Part shown: positions 42,943 through 51,365 of the stretch, piece by piece | How positions within the stretch are numbered: position 1 is the stretch's first letter | Layout: every line of letters begins with the position of its first letter | From: Frankiales bacterium | Lineage (GTDB): Bacteria > Actinomycetota > Actinomycetes > Mycobacteriales > SCTD01 | Direction: 5' to 3' | Assembly: GCA_025965475.1 (NCBI GenBank) | Contig: JAOPWV010000105.1 | Location: 320-64,319 of the forward strand | Length of the DNA: 64,000 nucleotides | Translations under genes and position numbers: made by a program | Notes under the pieces: model-generated | Databases searched by the model: none | The model's input: the letters and a program-made list of their open reading frames with translations, nothing else | What the model was told of the DNA's origin: nothing

Positions 42943-44505
42943 CTGGACGAGCCGGTCGGCCACCGCGTCCCGCAGCCGGAACCGCTGGATCTTGCCGGTG
43001 GCCGTCTTCGGCAGCTCGTCGAGGACCACCACGGCCCGCGGCCGCTTGAACGCGGCCAGACCCTCGCGGCACCAGGCCACCAGCTCGTCGGCGTCCACCG
43101 TCCGGCCGGCGGCCGGCACCACGCAGGCGACCGGCTTCACCAGCCCATCGCCGTCCGGGGCACCCACGACGGCCACCTCGGCGACCGACGGGTGCTGCAG
43201 CAGCCGCTCCTCCACCTCGGCCGGGGACACCCAGATGCCGCCGGCCTTGAGCAGGTCGTTGGACCGGCCCATGCACGTGTAGTACCCGTCGACGGACCGG
43301 GTGTAGGTGTCGCCGGTGCACAGCCACTCCCCCTGGAAAACGGCGCGTGAGGCGTCCGTGCGGCACCAGTACCCGGAGGCGATCGAGGCACCGCGCACGA
43401 ACAAGCCGCCGGGCTCCCCGTCGGGCACCCGCGCACCGGTCTCGTCGCGCAGCTCGATGTCGTACCCGTGCACCGGCGTCCCCGACGTGCCGGGACGCAC
43501 GGCTCCTGCGGTGTTGGACAGGAAGATGTGCAGCGCCTCGGTGGACCCGATGCCGTCGAGGATGTCGACCCCGAACCGGCTGGTGAACCGGTGGTACAGC
43601 GTCGGTGGCAGGGCCTCGCCGGCCGAGGCGCAGAGCCGGACGCTGGAGAAGGTGTCCGCGGGCAGGTCCGAAGCGAGCAGCGCGGCGAAGAAGCTCGGGC
43701 TGCCGAAGAACAGCGTCGGCGCATCGGCCGCCATCCGCTCTCGGACCACCTCCGGGGACGGCCGCCGCGGCTCGAGGACCGTCGTCGCACCGACGGAGAG
43801 GGGGAACAGCGCGGAGTTTCCGAGGCCGTAGGCGAAGAACAGCTTCGCGACGGAGAAGCAGACGTCCTCGGGGCCGATGCGCAACACGTCACGGCCGTAC
43901 GTCTCGCAGACGGCCCGCAGGTTCTCGTGCCGATGCATCGCCGCCTTCGGCATCCCCGTGGTCCCCGACGTGTACAGCCAGAGCGCCGGCGTGTCCGCGG
44001 TCGTCCTGCCGGGCGGTCCGGGCGGCGTGCCGGCACCCGCGGCGAGCACGTCGTCCCACGCGTGCACGGCCACCCCGGGCGGGGTCCGCACCTCCGCGCC
44101 ATCCACGGTGATCACGTGCGCGAGGTCGGGCGCGGCCGCCATCGCCGTGGAGGCGGCGTCGGCGAACTCGGGCGTCACCACGAGGACGCGGGCGCCGGAG
44201 TCCGCGACCACCTTGGTCAGCTCGGGTCCGGTCAGCATGGTGGAGACGGGCACCGCGACGGCGCCGCTGCGGAAGGCCCCCAGGACGCCGGCCAGCAGCT
44301 CCGGCCGGTCGGAGGCCACGAACATCACCCGCTCGCCCGCTCGGACGTCGAGCGCGCGCAGACCCGCCGCCACCCGGCAGGACGCATCCTGCAGCTGCCC
44401 ATAGGTCTGCGTCCGGCCGGCACTGCGCACCGCCACCCGCTCGCCGAGGCCGGCATCGACCTGACGGTCGACGAGGTACTGCGCGGCATTGAACGCTTCG
44501 CTCAT
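42922..44505 (-). CDS. benzoate-CoA ligase family (adenylate-forming enzyme)
   Basis: Track ORF 42922..44568 was trimmed to ATG at 44505 (MSEAFNAAQYLVD). The AMP-binding motifs are LYTSGTTGMPKA, GDTY and GKIQRF. Overall it resembles benzoate/4-hydroxybenzoate-CoA ligases. It is the first gene of the box operon. Confidence 0.85.
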   Translation of the reverse strand: MSEAFNAAQYLVDRQVDAGLGERVAVRSAGRTQTYGQLQDASCRVAAGLRALDVRAGERVMFVASDRPELLAGVLGAFRSGAVAVPVSTMLTGPELTKVVADSGARVLVVTPEFADAASTAMAAAPDLAHVITVDGAEVRTPPGVAVHAWDDVLAAGAGTPPGPPGRTTADTPALWLYTSGTTGMPKAAMHRHENLRAVCETYGRDVLRIGPEDVCFSVAKLFFAYGLGNSALFPLSVGATTVLEPRRPSPEVVRERMAADAPTLFFGSPSFFAALLASDLPADTFSSVRLCASAGEALPPTLYHRFTSRFGVDILDGIGSTEALHIFLSNTAGAVRPGTSGTPVHGYDIELRDETGARVPDGEPGGLFVRGASIASGYWCRTDASRAVFQGEWLCTGDTYTRSVDGYYTCMGRSNDLLKAGGIWVSPAEVEERLLQHPSVAEVAVVGAPDGDGLVKPVACVVPAAGRTVDADELVAWCREGLAAFKRPRAVVVLDELPKTATGKIQRFRLRDAVADRLVQKPATQH

Positions 44506-44561
44506 GGCTCTGCACTCCAGCAGTCGCGGTCCGTCAGGAGTCTGCCTCTCCTGTGACCCGG

Positions 44562-44609
44562 AACACACTACAGATCATCGGGCCGGCATCATCGACATGT
44601 AGCAGGTTT
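44562..44609. promoter_or_regulatory. box operator-like element, site 2: AACACACTAC-N27-GTAGCAGGTTT
   Basis: CTAC lies at 44568..44571 and GTAG at 44599..44602, 27 nt apart. It sits in the 152-bp divergent region between bcl (start 44505) and the PaaX-type regulator (start 44658). Confidence 0.5.
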
Positions 44610-44657
44610 GACCGGGACCTGCATGTCCGCGGTGGCGGCGCGTGGTGCAATTCGGGG

Positions 44658-45500
44658 GTGGATGACAGACCCCGCTCGCGCCGGCGCGAGACCGGCGCGG
44701 CCAGCGCGCGCTCGCTGCTGCTGACCGTCCTCGGGGAGTTCGTGCTGCCCCGGCACGCCGCCGCCTGGACCGCCGCGCTCGTGACCGCGTTGGCCGAGCT
44801 CGGCGTCGAGGAGAAGGCGGCCCGGCAGGCGCTGTCCCGCACGGCCGCCGAGGGCCTGCTCACGTCCGAGCGCGAGGGACGCCGGGTGCGCTGGCACCTG
44901 ACACCCGCCGGCACCCGGCTGCTCGAGGAGGGCACCGAGCGCATCTACGGATTCGGCCGGCGCGTCGAGGAATGGGACGGACGCTGGCTCATCCTCACGG
45001 TCAGCGTGCCGGAGACGCAGCGCCAGCTCCGCCACCGGCTGCGGACCCGGTTGACCTGGGCCGGCCTCGGGTCGCCCCTGCCCGGCCTGTGGGTGTCGCC
45101 GTACGCCGACAAGGAGAAGGAGGTCGCCGTCGTCATCGAGGAGCTCGGCGTCGAGTCGTTCTCCTTCACCGGGCCGTTCGGGATCGTCGGGGACCAGCAG
45201 AAGGTGGTGGCGGACGCCTGGGCGCTGGATGCCGTGGAGGAGCGGTACGCCGCGTTCCTGCGGGCGTTCCGCAGCGAGAAGGCCGCCACGACCACCGCTG
45301 CCTTCCGGGACCAGGTCCGGCTCGTACAGGAGTGGCGGCGCTTCCCGTTCCTCGACCCCGCACTCCCGGCGCCGCTGCTGCCCGCGACGTGGCCCGGACC
45401 GGCGGCCGCAGCGCTGTTCCACGCACGGCACGACCACTGGCACGCCGCCGCGCAGGAGCACTGGGACGAGCTGGCCGGGAACGCCGAGCTGCGCAGCTGA
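44658..45500 (+). CDS. PaaX-family transcriptional regulator
   Basis: Track ORF 44553..45500 was trimmed to GTG at 44658. It has a winged-helix N-terminus (SARSLLLTVLGEFVLP...ELGVEEKAARQALSR) and a PaaX-type C-terminal domain (WDGRWLILTVSVPE...RLRTRLTWAGLG...LWVSP). Confidence 0.85.
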   Translation: MDDRPRSRRRETGAASARSLLLTVLGEFVLPRHAAAWTAALVTALAELGVEEKAARQALSRTAAEGLLTSEREGRRVRWHLTPAGTRLLEEGTERIYGFGRRVEEWDGRWLILTVSVPETQRQLRHRLRTRLTWAGLGSPLPGLWVSPYADKEKEVAVVIEELGVESFSFTGPFGIVGDQQKVVADAWALDAVEERYAAFLRAFRSEKAATTTAAFRDQVRLVQEWRRFPFLDPALPAPLLPATWPGPAAAALFHARHDHWHAAAQEHWDELAGNAELRS

Positions 45501-45544
45501 GGCCCGCGCGCGGCGGCCGCGCCGGGCACCTGCAGAATCGGAGG

Positions 45545-45979
45545 GTGCCGACCCCTGACGCTGACCAGACCATCCTCCCGCCGCAGATGCTCGAAGGCTT
45601 CGACACCCTGCTCGGCCTGACCCTCACCCATGCCGACGCCGACACGGTCGTCGGACGGCTCGAGATCAAGCCCGAGCTGCACCAGCCGTTCGGCATCGTG
45701 CACGGCGGCGTCTACTGCTCGGTCGTCGAGACGGTGGCCAGCGTCGGGGCGTCGCTGTGGTTCGGCGATCGCGGCAACGTCGTCGGCGTCGCCAACCACA
45801 CCAACTTCCTGCGCGCGGTACGGCAGGGCACCCTCGACGTCAGGGCCACCCCGGTGCACCGCGGGCGCACCCAGCAGCTGTGGACCGTGACCGTCACAGA
45901 CGAGAGCGACCGGCTCATCGCCCAGGGCGAGGTGCGGCTCGCGAACGTGGCGAGCGCGGGGGCCCTCGCCCGGTCCTGA
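45545..45979 (+). CDS. PaaI-type hotdog-fold thioesterase
   Basis: It lies in the frame of track ORF 44972..45979, starting at GTG 45545 (alternative ATG about 45587). The product contains LGLTLTHADADTVVGRLEIKPELHQPFGIVHGGVYCSVVETVAS...HRGRTQQLW. Confidence 0.8.
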   Translation: MPTPDADQTILPPQMLEGFDTLLGLTLTHADADTVVGRLEIKPELHQPFGIVHGGVYCSVVETVASVGASLWFGDRGNVVGVANHTNFLRAVRQGTLDVRATPVHRGRTQQLWTVTVTDESDRLIAQGEVRLANVASAGALARS

Positions 45980-45994
45980 CCGTCCTGACTGCGC

Positions 45995-47458
45995 CTAGAA
46001 GCGCACGTAGTCGAACTCCACGGACATCTCGTTGATGCCCTGCGGCGGCGGCGTCAGCCAGGACGCGAAGCTCCCCGGCTCGTGATGCGGGACCATCAAC
46101 GCGCCGACCCGGCTGCGGTCGTCCGGGGTGGGCAGCCACTCGTCCGTCCGGGCCTGCCAGGCCGCCTCGTCGACGACCTCCCCGGCCGGGGTGACGTGGT
46201 GTCCGGCGTACGCCCCGACCTGGCGGTAGAAGCCCTCGTGCGGCAGAGCCAGCCGCTCGTCGAGGCCGGCCTCCTCCAGGGCCTGGTTCCAGCGGCGGAC
46301 ACCGTTCTCGCAGTCGGCGACGTACTCGTCGCGCAGGTCGAGGTTCAAGGCGCCGAGCAGCGGCACGGTCTTCTGGACGATGCGGCCGTCCTCGACGACG
46401 TTCATCTCGCGGGTCTGGTCGAGAAGGACGTGGTCGTCCTTGCGCCGGGTCTCGCCCCAGCGGCCCTTGAGCCCGGAGGTGAAGTAGTTCCCGGCGTTCG
46501 TCGACTGCTCCGACCCGAACAGGTCCATGGACACGGCGAATTGGAAGTTCAGGTACTTCTGGATGACGGCGAGCGGGATCGCGCCGTGGTCCCAGAGGTC
46601 GTCGCCGGGGTGGTCGCGCATGATCTGCGCGGTGCGCTCCACGATGCGCTGCACGCCGGTCGTGCCGACGAACATGTGGTGCGCCTCCTCCTTGAGCATG
46701 AACTCGCAGGTGCGCGCCAGCGGGTCGAAGCCGGACTCCTTGAGGGTGCCGAGCTGGTACTTGCCGTCCCGGTCCGTGAAGTACGTGAACATGAAGAACG
46801 TCAGCCAGTCGGGCGTGTCCTCGTTGAACGCCCCGAGGATGCGCGGGCTGTCGGGGTCGCCGGAGTGCCGCTTGAGCAGTTGCTCGGCCTCCTCACGGCC
46901 CTCCCGGCCGAAGTAGGCGTGCAGCAGGTAGACCATCGCCCACAGGTGACGCCCCTCCTCGACGTTCACCTGGAACAGGTTGCGCATGTCGTACAGGCTC
47001 GGTGCGGTCGAGCCGAGGTGGCGCTGCTGCTCGACGGACGCGGGCTCGGTGTCCCCCTGCACGACGATCAGCCGCAGCAACTCGGCGCGGTACTCCCCCG
47101 GCACCGTCTGCCAGGCCGATTCCCCCGCATGCTGCCCGAAGGCGATGCGCCGGTCCGGCTCGGGCTCGGCGAGGAAGATCCCCCAGCGGTACTCCTCCAT
47201 CGGCACCCGGTCGAAATGCGCCCAGCCGTCCCGCCCGACGGCCGTCGCGGTGCGCAGGTACACGTCCTGCGTCGGGATCGCGGGACCGAGTTCCTTCCAC
47301 CAGTCCATGAACTTGGGCTGCCAGCCCTCGAGCGCGCGCTGCAGGCGGCGGTCGGTGTTCAGGCCCACGTTGTTCGGGATCCGCTGTGAGTAGTCAACCG
47401 GGTTGAGTGGCCCGTCGGGATCGGGCGCCGAGCCCGTGTGCGTGGTGGGTGCCGTCAT
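45995..47458 (-). CDS. boxB: benzoyl-CoA 2,3-epoxidase oxygenase component BoxB (diiron)
   Basis: Track ORF 45995..48112 was trimmed to ATG at 47458, with GGAGG 6 nt upstream. The product contains YSQRIPNNVGLN...LEGWQPKFMDWW and the diiron ExxH pairs VEEGRHLW and KEEAHHMF. Confidence 0.9.
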   Translation of the reverse strand: MTAPTTHTGSAPDPDGPLNPVDYSQRIPNNVGLNTDRRLQRALEGWQPKFMDWWKELGPAIPTQDVYLRTATAVGRDGWAHFDRVPMEEYRWGIFLAEPEPDRRIAFGQHAGESAWQTVPGEYRAELLRLIVVQGDTEPASVEQQRHLGSTAPSLYDMRNLFQVNVEEGRHLWAMVYLLHAYFGREGREEAEQLLKRHSGDPDSPRILGAFNEDTPDWLTFFMFTYFTDRDGKYQLGTLKESGFDPLARTCEFMLKEEAHHMFVGTTGVQRIVERTAQIMRDHPGDDLWDHGAIPLAVIQKYLNFQFAVSMDLFGSEQSTNAGNYFTSGLKGRWGETRRKDDHVLLDQTREMNVVEDGRIVQKTVPLLGALNLDLRDEYVADCENGVRRWNQALEEAGLDERLALPHEGFYRQVGAYAGHHVTPAGEVVDEAAWQARTDEWLPTPDDRSRVGALMVPHHEPGSFASWLTPPPQGINEMSVEFDYVRF

Positions 47459-47471
47459 GGGACGCCTCCGG

Positions 47472-47516
47472 TTGTCTACGACTAGGTGGCGATACGTCAT
47501 CAGTCTGTAGCATGTC
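47472..47516. promoter_or_regulatory. box operator-like element, site 3: TTGTCTAC-N27-GTAGCATGT
   Basis: CTAC lies at 47476..47479 and GTAG at 47507..47510, again exactly 27 nt apart. It lies 14-58 nt upstream of the boxB start, in the boxB/CBS divergent region. Confidence 0.45.
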
Positions 47517-47632
47517 CGCCGGATGCACAACCCGGGAGGACCGTTGAGTTCTCCGCCCCGGCGCGTACTGTCAGCCACGAGATCGGGCAACCGTCTGTTC
47601 GCGTGCGTGTGTACGGATGGAGGTGCGGTGCG

Positions 47633-48061
47633 ATGAAGATCGCCGAGGTGCTCCGGCTCAAGGGTTCTGCCGTCGTCACGATCACCCCGGAGACCCCGGT
47701 CTCCGGGCTCGTGGACCAACTGGCCCAGCACGGCGTGGGCGCCCTCGTGGTCTCGGCGGACGGGCAGTCCCTCGACGGCATCGTCAGCGAGCGGGACGTC
47801 GTACGGCGGCTGGCCGCCCACGGCGCCGGGCTGCTCGACCACACGGTCGCGGACATCATGACCAGGTCGGTCCGCACCTGCGGCCTGAAGGACACCGTCG
47901 ACGAGCTCATGGCGCTGATGACCGAGCAGCGGGTCCGGCACGTGCCGGTCCTCGAGGACGGCAAGCTCGTCGGCCTCGTGAGCATCGGCGACGTCGTGAA
48001 GCAGCAGATCGACGTCCTCAAGACCGAGCGCGACCAGCTCGAGGCCTACATCACGACCTGA
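47633..48061 (+). CDS. CBS-domain pair protein
   Basis: ATG at 47633 lies in the frame of track ORF 47486..48061. There are two CBS motifs (GVGALVVSADGQSLDGIVSERDV and VRHVPVLEDGKLVGLVSIGDV). Confidence 0.85.
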   Translation: MKIAEVLRLKGSAVVTITPETPVSGLVDQLAQHGVGALVVSADGQSLDGIVSERDVVRRLAAHGAGLLDHTVADIMTRSVRTCGLKDTVDELMALMTEQRVRHVPVLEDGKLVGLVSIGDVVKQQIDVLKTERDQLEAYITT

Positions 48062-48426
48062 CGGTGACCTGACCGCCTGCGCGAACCAGCTGGTCGTGTC
48101 ACGGCGCGTCACCGTCGGGCGTACGGCGCATCCCGTAGGCCACGCTGCTCGCGGGCTACGGGATCCGGGGCGGCAGGAGTGGCGCTGGTCGCGCTGCTCA
48201 GCACGATCTCTTCGGCGAGAGCCTGACCGGTCTGCAGATCGGCGGTCCGGTCCTGGTCATGCTCGGGGTGGTCGCGCTCGAGGTCGGTGCCGCGGTGACC
48301 GGTCCTCGCGGTCACACCCGGCTGCTTCCCGAACTCCGCTGTTGAGTGGCCCGTGATCGGGTAGCCGAGCCCGCGTGGCGACCTGATTCTCCGCCGCGAC
48401 GGTCGGCCCATGAGGAGAGGCATGCC

Positions 48427-49362
48427 GTGACCGCGACGACCACGAACACCGCGCTCCGGACCACGAGCACCCCCCGTTACTCCATCCTCCGGCTGTTCCT
48501 GATCGGCGTCGCGCTGTGGGTGGCCTCGGTCGCCGTGACGTACTGGACGAAGAACGTCCACCTGGTGCCTACCGTCATCCTGCTCGGCTCGTTCCTGGTG
48601 CCGACCCTGTTCGTGGTGTGGGCCTTCCGGCGCGAACACGAGGTGGTCACGCTGGAGGACGTCCTCACCGGGTTCGTGGTCGGCGGTGTCCTGGGCGTGC
48701 TCGGCGCCACCGTGCTGGAGGCACGCTTCCTCCAGCCGACCAGCCTGTTCGTCTACCTCGGCGTCGGCTTCACCGAGGAGTTCTGCAAGGTCGCCGCCCT
48801 CTGGATCATCGCCCGCCGGTTGTCCCGCTTCACGCCGCGCGATGGCGCGGTCCTCGGGGCCGCTGTCGGTTTCGGGTTCGCGGCCCTCGAGTCGGCCGGG
48901 TACGCCTTCAACGCGATGTTCACACCACTGGGCCTGAGCCTGCGGGCACTGGTGGAGACCGAGGTGCTGCGGGGCGTCCTGAGTCCCTTCGGGCACGGGC
49001 TGTGGACCGGGATCCTCGGCATGGTGCTGTTCCGGGTCGCGGCCCGCAGCGGCCACCTGCGCGTGACACCGGAGCTGGTGGGCTGGTACGTCGTGGTCTC
49101 CGTGCTGCACGGGTTCTGGGACATGTCCAACGGGCTGGCCGCCCTCATCACGTCGGTGATCACCCGGGACCTGTTCCAGCAGCAGCTCCTCAACGACGGA
49201 CGGCTCAGCGATCCCAGCGCCGCAGAGGTGCACGTCTACACCGTCACGTCGTGGGGGCTGCTGATCGTCGACGCGGTCATCGGCGTCCTGGTCCTGCGCA
49301 TGCTGCACCGGAGAACGGCGCGCTCCGAGGCCCGAGGCCCGGCCCCGGAAAAGGCGACATGA
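48427..49362 (+). CDS. PrsW-like intramembrane metalloprotease
   Basis: Track ORF 48346..49362 was trimmed to GTG at 48427, with GAGGAGAGG upstream. The product is multi-pass and carries FTEEFCK and GFAALES...HGLWTG motifs, which I recall as typical of the PrsW family. Confidence 0.7.
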   Translation: MTATTTNTALRTTSTPRYSILRLFLIGVALWVASVAVTYWTKNVHLVPTVILLGSFLVPTLFVVWAFRREHEVVTLEDVLTGFVVGGVLGVLGATVLEARFLQPTSLFVYLGVGFTEEFCKVAALWIIARRLSRFTPRDGAVLGAAVGFGFAALESAGYAFNAMFTPLGLSLRALVETEVLRGVLSPFGHGLWTGILGMVLFRVAARSGHLRVTPELVGWYVVVSVLHGFWDMSNGLAALITSVITRDLFQQQLLNDGRLSDPSAAEVHVYTVTSWGLLIVDAVIGVLVLRMLHRRTARSEARGPAPEKAT

Positions 49363-49552
49363 CGCCCGGCCCGACGCGGCGGACGGGTGCCGAGCGGGGA
49401 AGGCCCGGCACCCGCCGGCCCGGGTGGATGGAACGTGGTCGGCGGCCAGAGCCACTCCTCGAGGCCCCTGATACCCGGCGCTCCCGAGCGCCGCCGCCTG
49501 GGGATGACCGGGGGTCGGATTCGCAGGCTGGCAGCCAGACCGGGAGACCCCG

Positions 49553-50194
49553 ATGTGGGACTACATCCAGACCCGCCGAGCCGAGATCCTGTTCCTGGGG
49601 TTCCAGCACGTCAGCCTCGTCGTCCAGTGCGCGCTGCTGGCGACCGCCATCGGCGTGACCGTGGCCGTGCTCGTGTACCGCGACGGGCGGCTGACGGCGC
49701 TCGCCAACGGCCTCTCCGCCGTCGGGTTGACCATCCCCGCGTTCGCCCTCCTCGGCCTGCTGCTCACGCCGTTCGGGTTCGGGGTCCGCCCCGCGGTGGT
49801 GGCCGTCACCTTCTACGCCGCTCTGCCGATCCTGCGCAACGCGGTCGTGGGGCTCGCCGGTGTGGATGCCTCGCTCGTGGAGTCCGCCCGCGGCATCGGC
49901 ATGGGCCGCGCCGCGACCCTGCTGCGCGTCGAGCTCCCCCTGGCCTGGCCGGTCATCCTCACCGGCGTACGCATCTCGACGCAGATGGTGATGGGGATCG
50001 CGGCGGTCGCGGCGTACGTCCTCGGCCCCGGCCTCGGCGGATTCATCTTCACCGGCCTGTCCCGCCTGGGCGGGGCCAACGCCCTGTACGCCACCCTCAC
50101 CGGCACCATCGGGGTCGTGGTGCTCGCGGTGGTGCTGGACCTGCTGCTCGTGCTGCTGGGCCGTTGGACGATCCCGAGGGGGATCCGTGTCTGA
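49553..50194 (+). CDS. osmoprotectant (Opu/ProW-type) ABC permease
   Basis: This 213-aa BPD-type permease has the EAA-like loop VESARGIGMGRAATLLRVELPLAWP. Confidence 0.85.
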   Translation: MWDYIQTRRAEILFLGFQHVSLVVQCALLATAIGVTVAVLVYRDGRLTALANGLSAVGLTIPAFALLGLLLTPFGFGVRPAVVAVTFYAALPILRNAVVGLAGVDASLVESARGIGMGRAATLLRVELPLAWPVILTGVRISTQMVMGIAAVAAYVLGPGLGGFIFTGLSRLGGANALYATLTGTIGVVVLAVVLDLLLVLLGRWTIPRGIRV

Positions 50195-51365
50195 CACCTC
50201 GACGGAGCGCCGGTCGGCGGACCGGCCGAAGGCCACCGGGGCATCCATCCGGCTGGAACACGTGTCCAAACGCTATCCGGCCCAGACGCGACCGGCCGTC
50301 GGCAACCTCGACCTGGACGTCCCGGCGGGCGAGATCGTGATGCTGGTCGGGCCGTCCGGCTGCGGGAAGACCACGGTCCTGAAGATGATCAACCGGCTGA
50401 TCGAGCCGACCAGCGGGCGGATCCTGCTCGACGGCGAGGACGTGACGGGCAAGGACCCGGACGAGTTGCGGCGCCGGATCGGCTACGTGATCCAGGCCGG
50501 CGGGCTGTTCCCCCACATGACGGTGGCCCGCAACGTCTCGCTGGTCCCGCAGATGTTGAAGTGGCCGCAGGAGCGGATCAGCACGCGCGTCGACGAGCTG
50601 CTCGACCTGGTCGGGCTGGACCCGGACACCTACCGGGACCGCTATCCCCGGGAGCTGTCCGGCGGGCAGCAGCAGCGGGTCGGGGTGGCACGGGGGCTCG
50701 CCGCGGATCCGCCGGTGCTGCTCATGGACGAGCCGTTCGGGGCCGTCGACCCCATCACCCGCCACCGGCTGCAGGACGAGCTGCTGCAGATCCAGGACGA
50801 GCTGCACAAGACGATCGTCATCGTCACGCACGACTTCGACGAGGCCCTCAAGCTCGGGGACCGGATCGTCGTCCTGGATGTGGGCGCCCGCGTCGTCCAG
50901 TACGGCACCCCGGAAGAGATCCTGACCCAGCCAGCCGAGGAGTTCGTGGAGGACTTCATCGGCGCCGGGGCCGCACTCAAGCAGCTCGCGCTGACCCGGG
51001 TGGCCGATCTCGAGCTCGGCCAGACGGTGACCGCGCGTGTCGGCGAGCCCACCGCCGATGTCGTACAACGGGCCCGGACCGCCGGCGCCGACCGGGTCGT
51101 CGTCCTGGACCGGCGGGAGCGGCCGCTGCGCTGGCCGACCCTGCGCGAGTTGGAACGATCCCCGGCGGTGACCGGCGAGGTGGACAGCAAGCTGCCCACG
51201 GTCGGGATGCGCTCGCCGGTGAACGACGCCCTGGACACCATGCTCGTGGCGAGCCAGGCCGGTGCCATCGTCCTCGGACGGCGCGACCGCTACGCCGGGG
51301 TGATCGCGTTCGAGACGGTGGTCGCGGTCATCGCGCGCACCCGCGACGCCGGCGCCGCATCGTGA
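50187..51365 (+). CDS. osmoprotectant ABC ATP-binding protein with C-terminal CBS pair (OpuCA/ProV-like)
   Basis: Motifs are Walker A GPSGCGKTT, signature LSGGQQQR and Walker B LLMDEPF. The C-terminal 130 aa or so are CBS-like. Confidence 0.9.
   Translation: MSDTSTERRSADRPKATGASIRLEHVSKRYPAQTRPAVGNLDLDVPAGEIVMLVGPSGCGKTTVLKMINRLIEPTSGRILLDGEDVTGKDPDELRRRIGYVIQAGGLFPHMTVARNVSLVPQMLKWPQERISTRVDELLDLVGLDPDTYRDRYPRELSGGQQQRVGVARGLAADPPVLLMDEPFGAVDPITRHRLQDELLQIQDELHKTIVIVTHDFDEALKLGDRIVVLDVGARVVQYGTPEEILTQPAEEFVEDFIGAGAALKQLALTRVADLELGQTVTARVGEPTADVVQRARTAGADRVVVLDRRERPLRWPTLRELERSPAVTGEVDSKLPTVGMRSPVNDALDTMLVASQAGAIVLGRRDRYAGVIAFETVVAVIARTRDAGAAS

Noticed and set aside
49363-49552. Possible c-di-AMP (ydaO-type) riboswitch in the 190-nt leader of the osmoprotectant ABC operon
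   Set aside because: GAGCGGGGAAGGCCC and CUGGGGAUGACC loosely recall conserved ydaO segments, and osmolyte transporters are known ydaO targets. I cannot find the highly conserved 3' CCGACAGCU(A)ACC...GUAAGC-like segment or a convincing pseudo-symmetric fold. A covariance-model search with the Rfam ydaO model would settle it. I do not call it.
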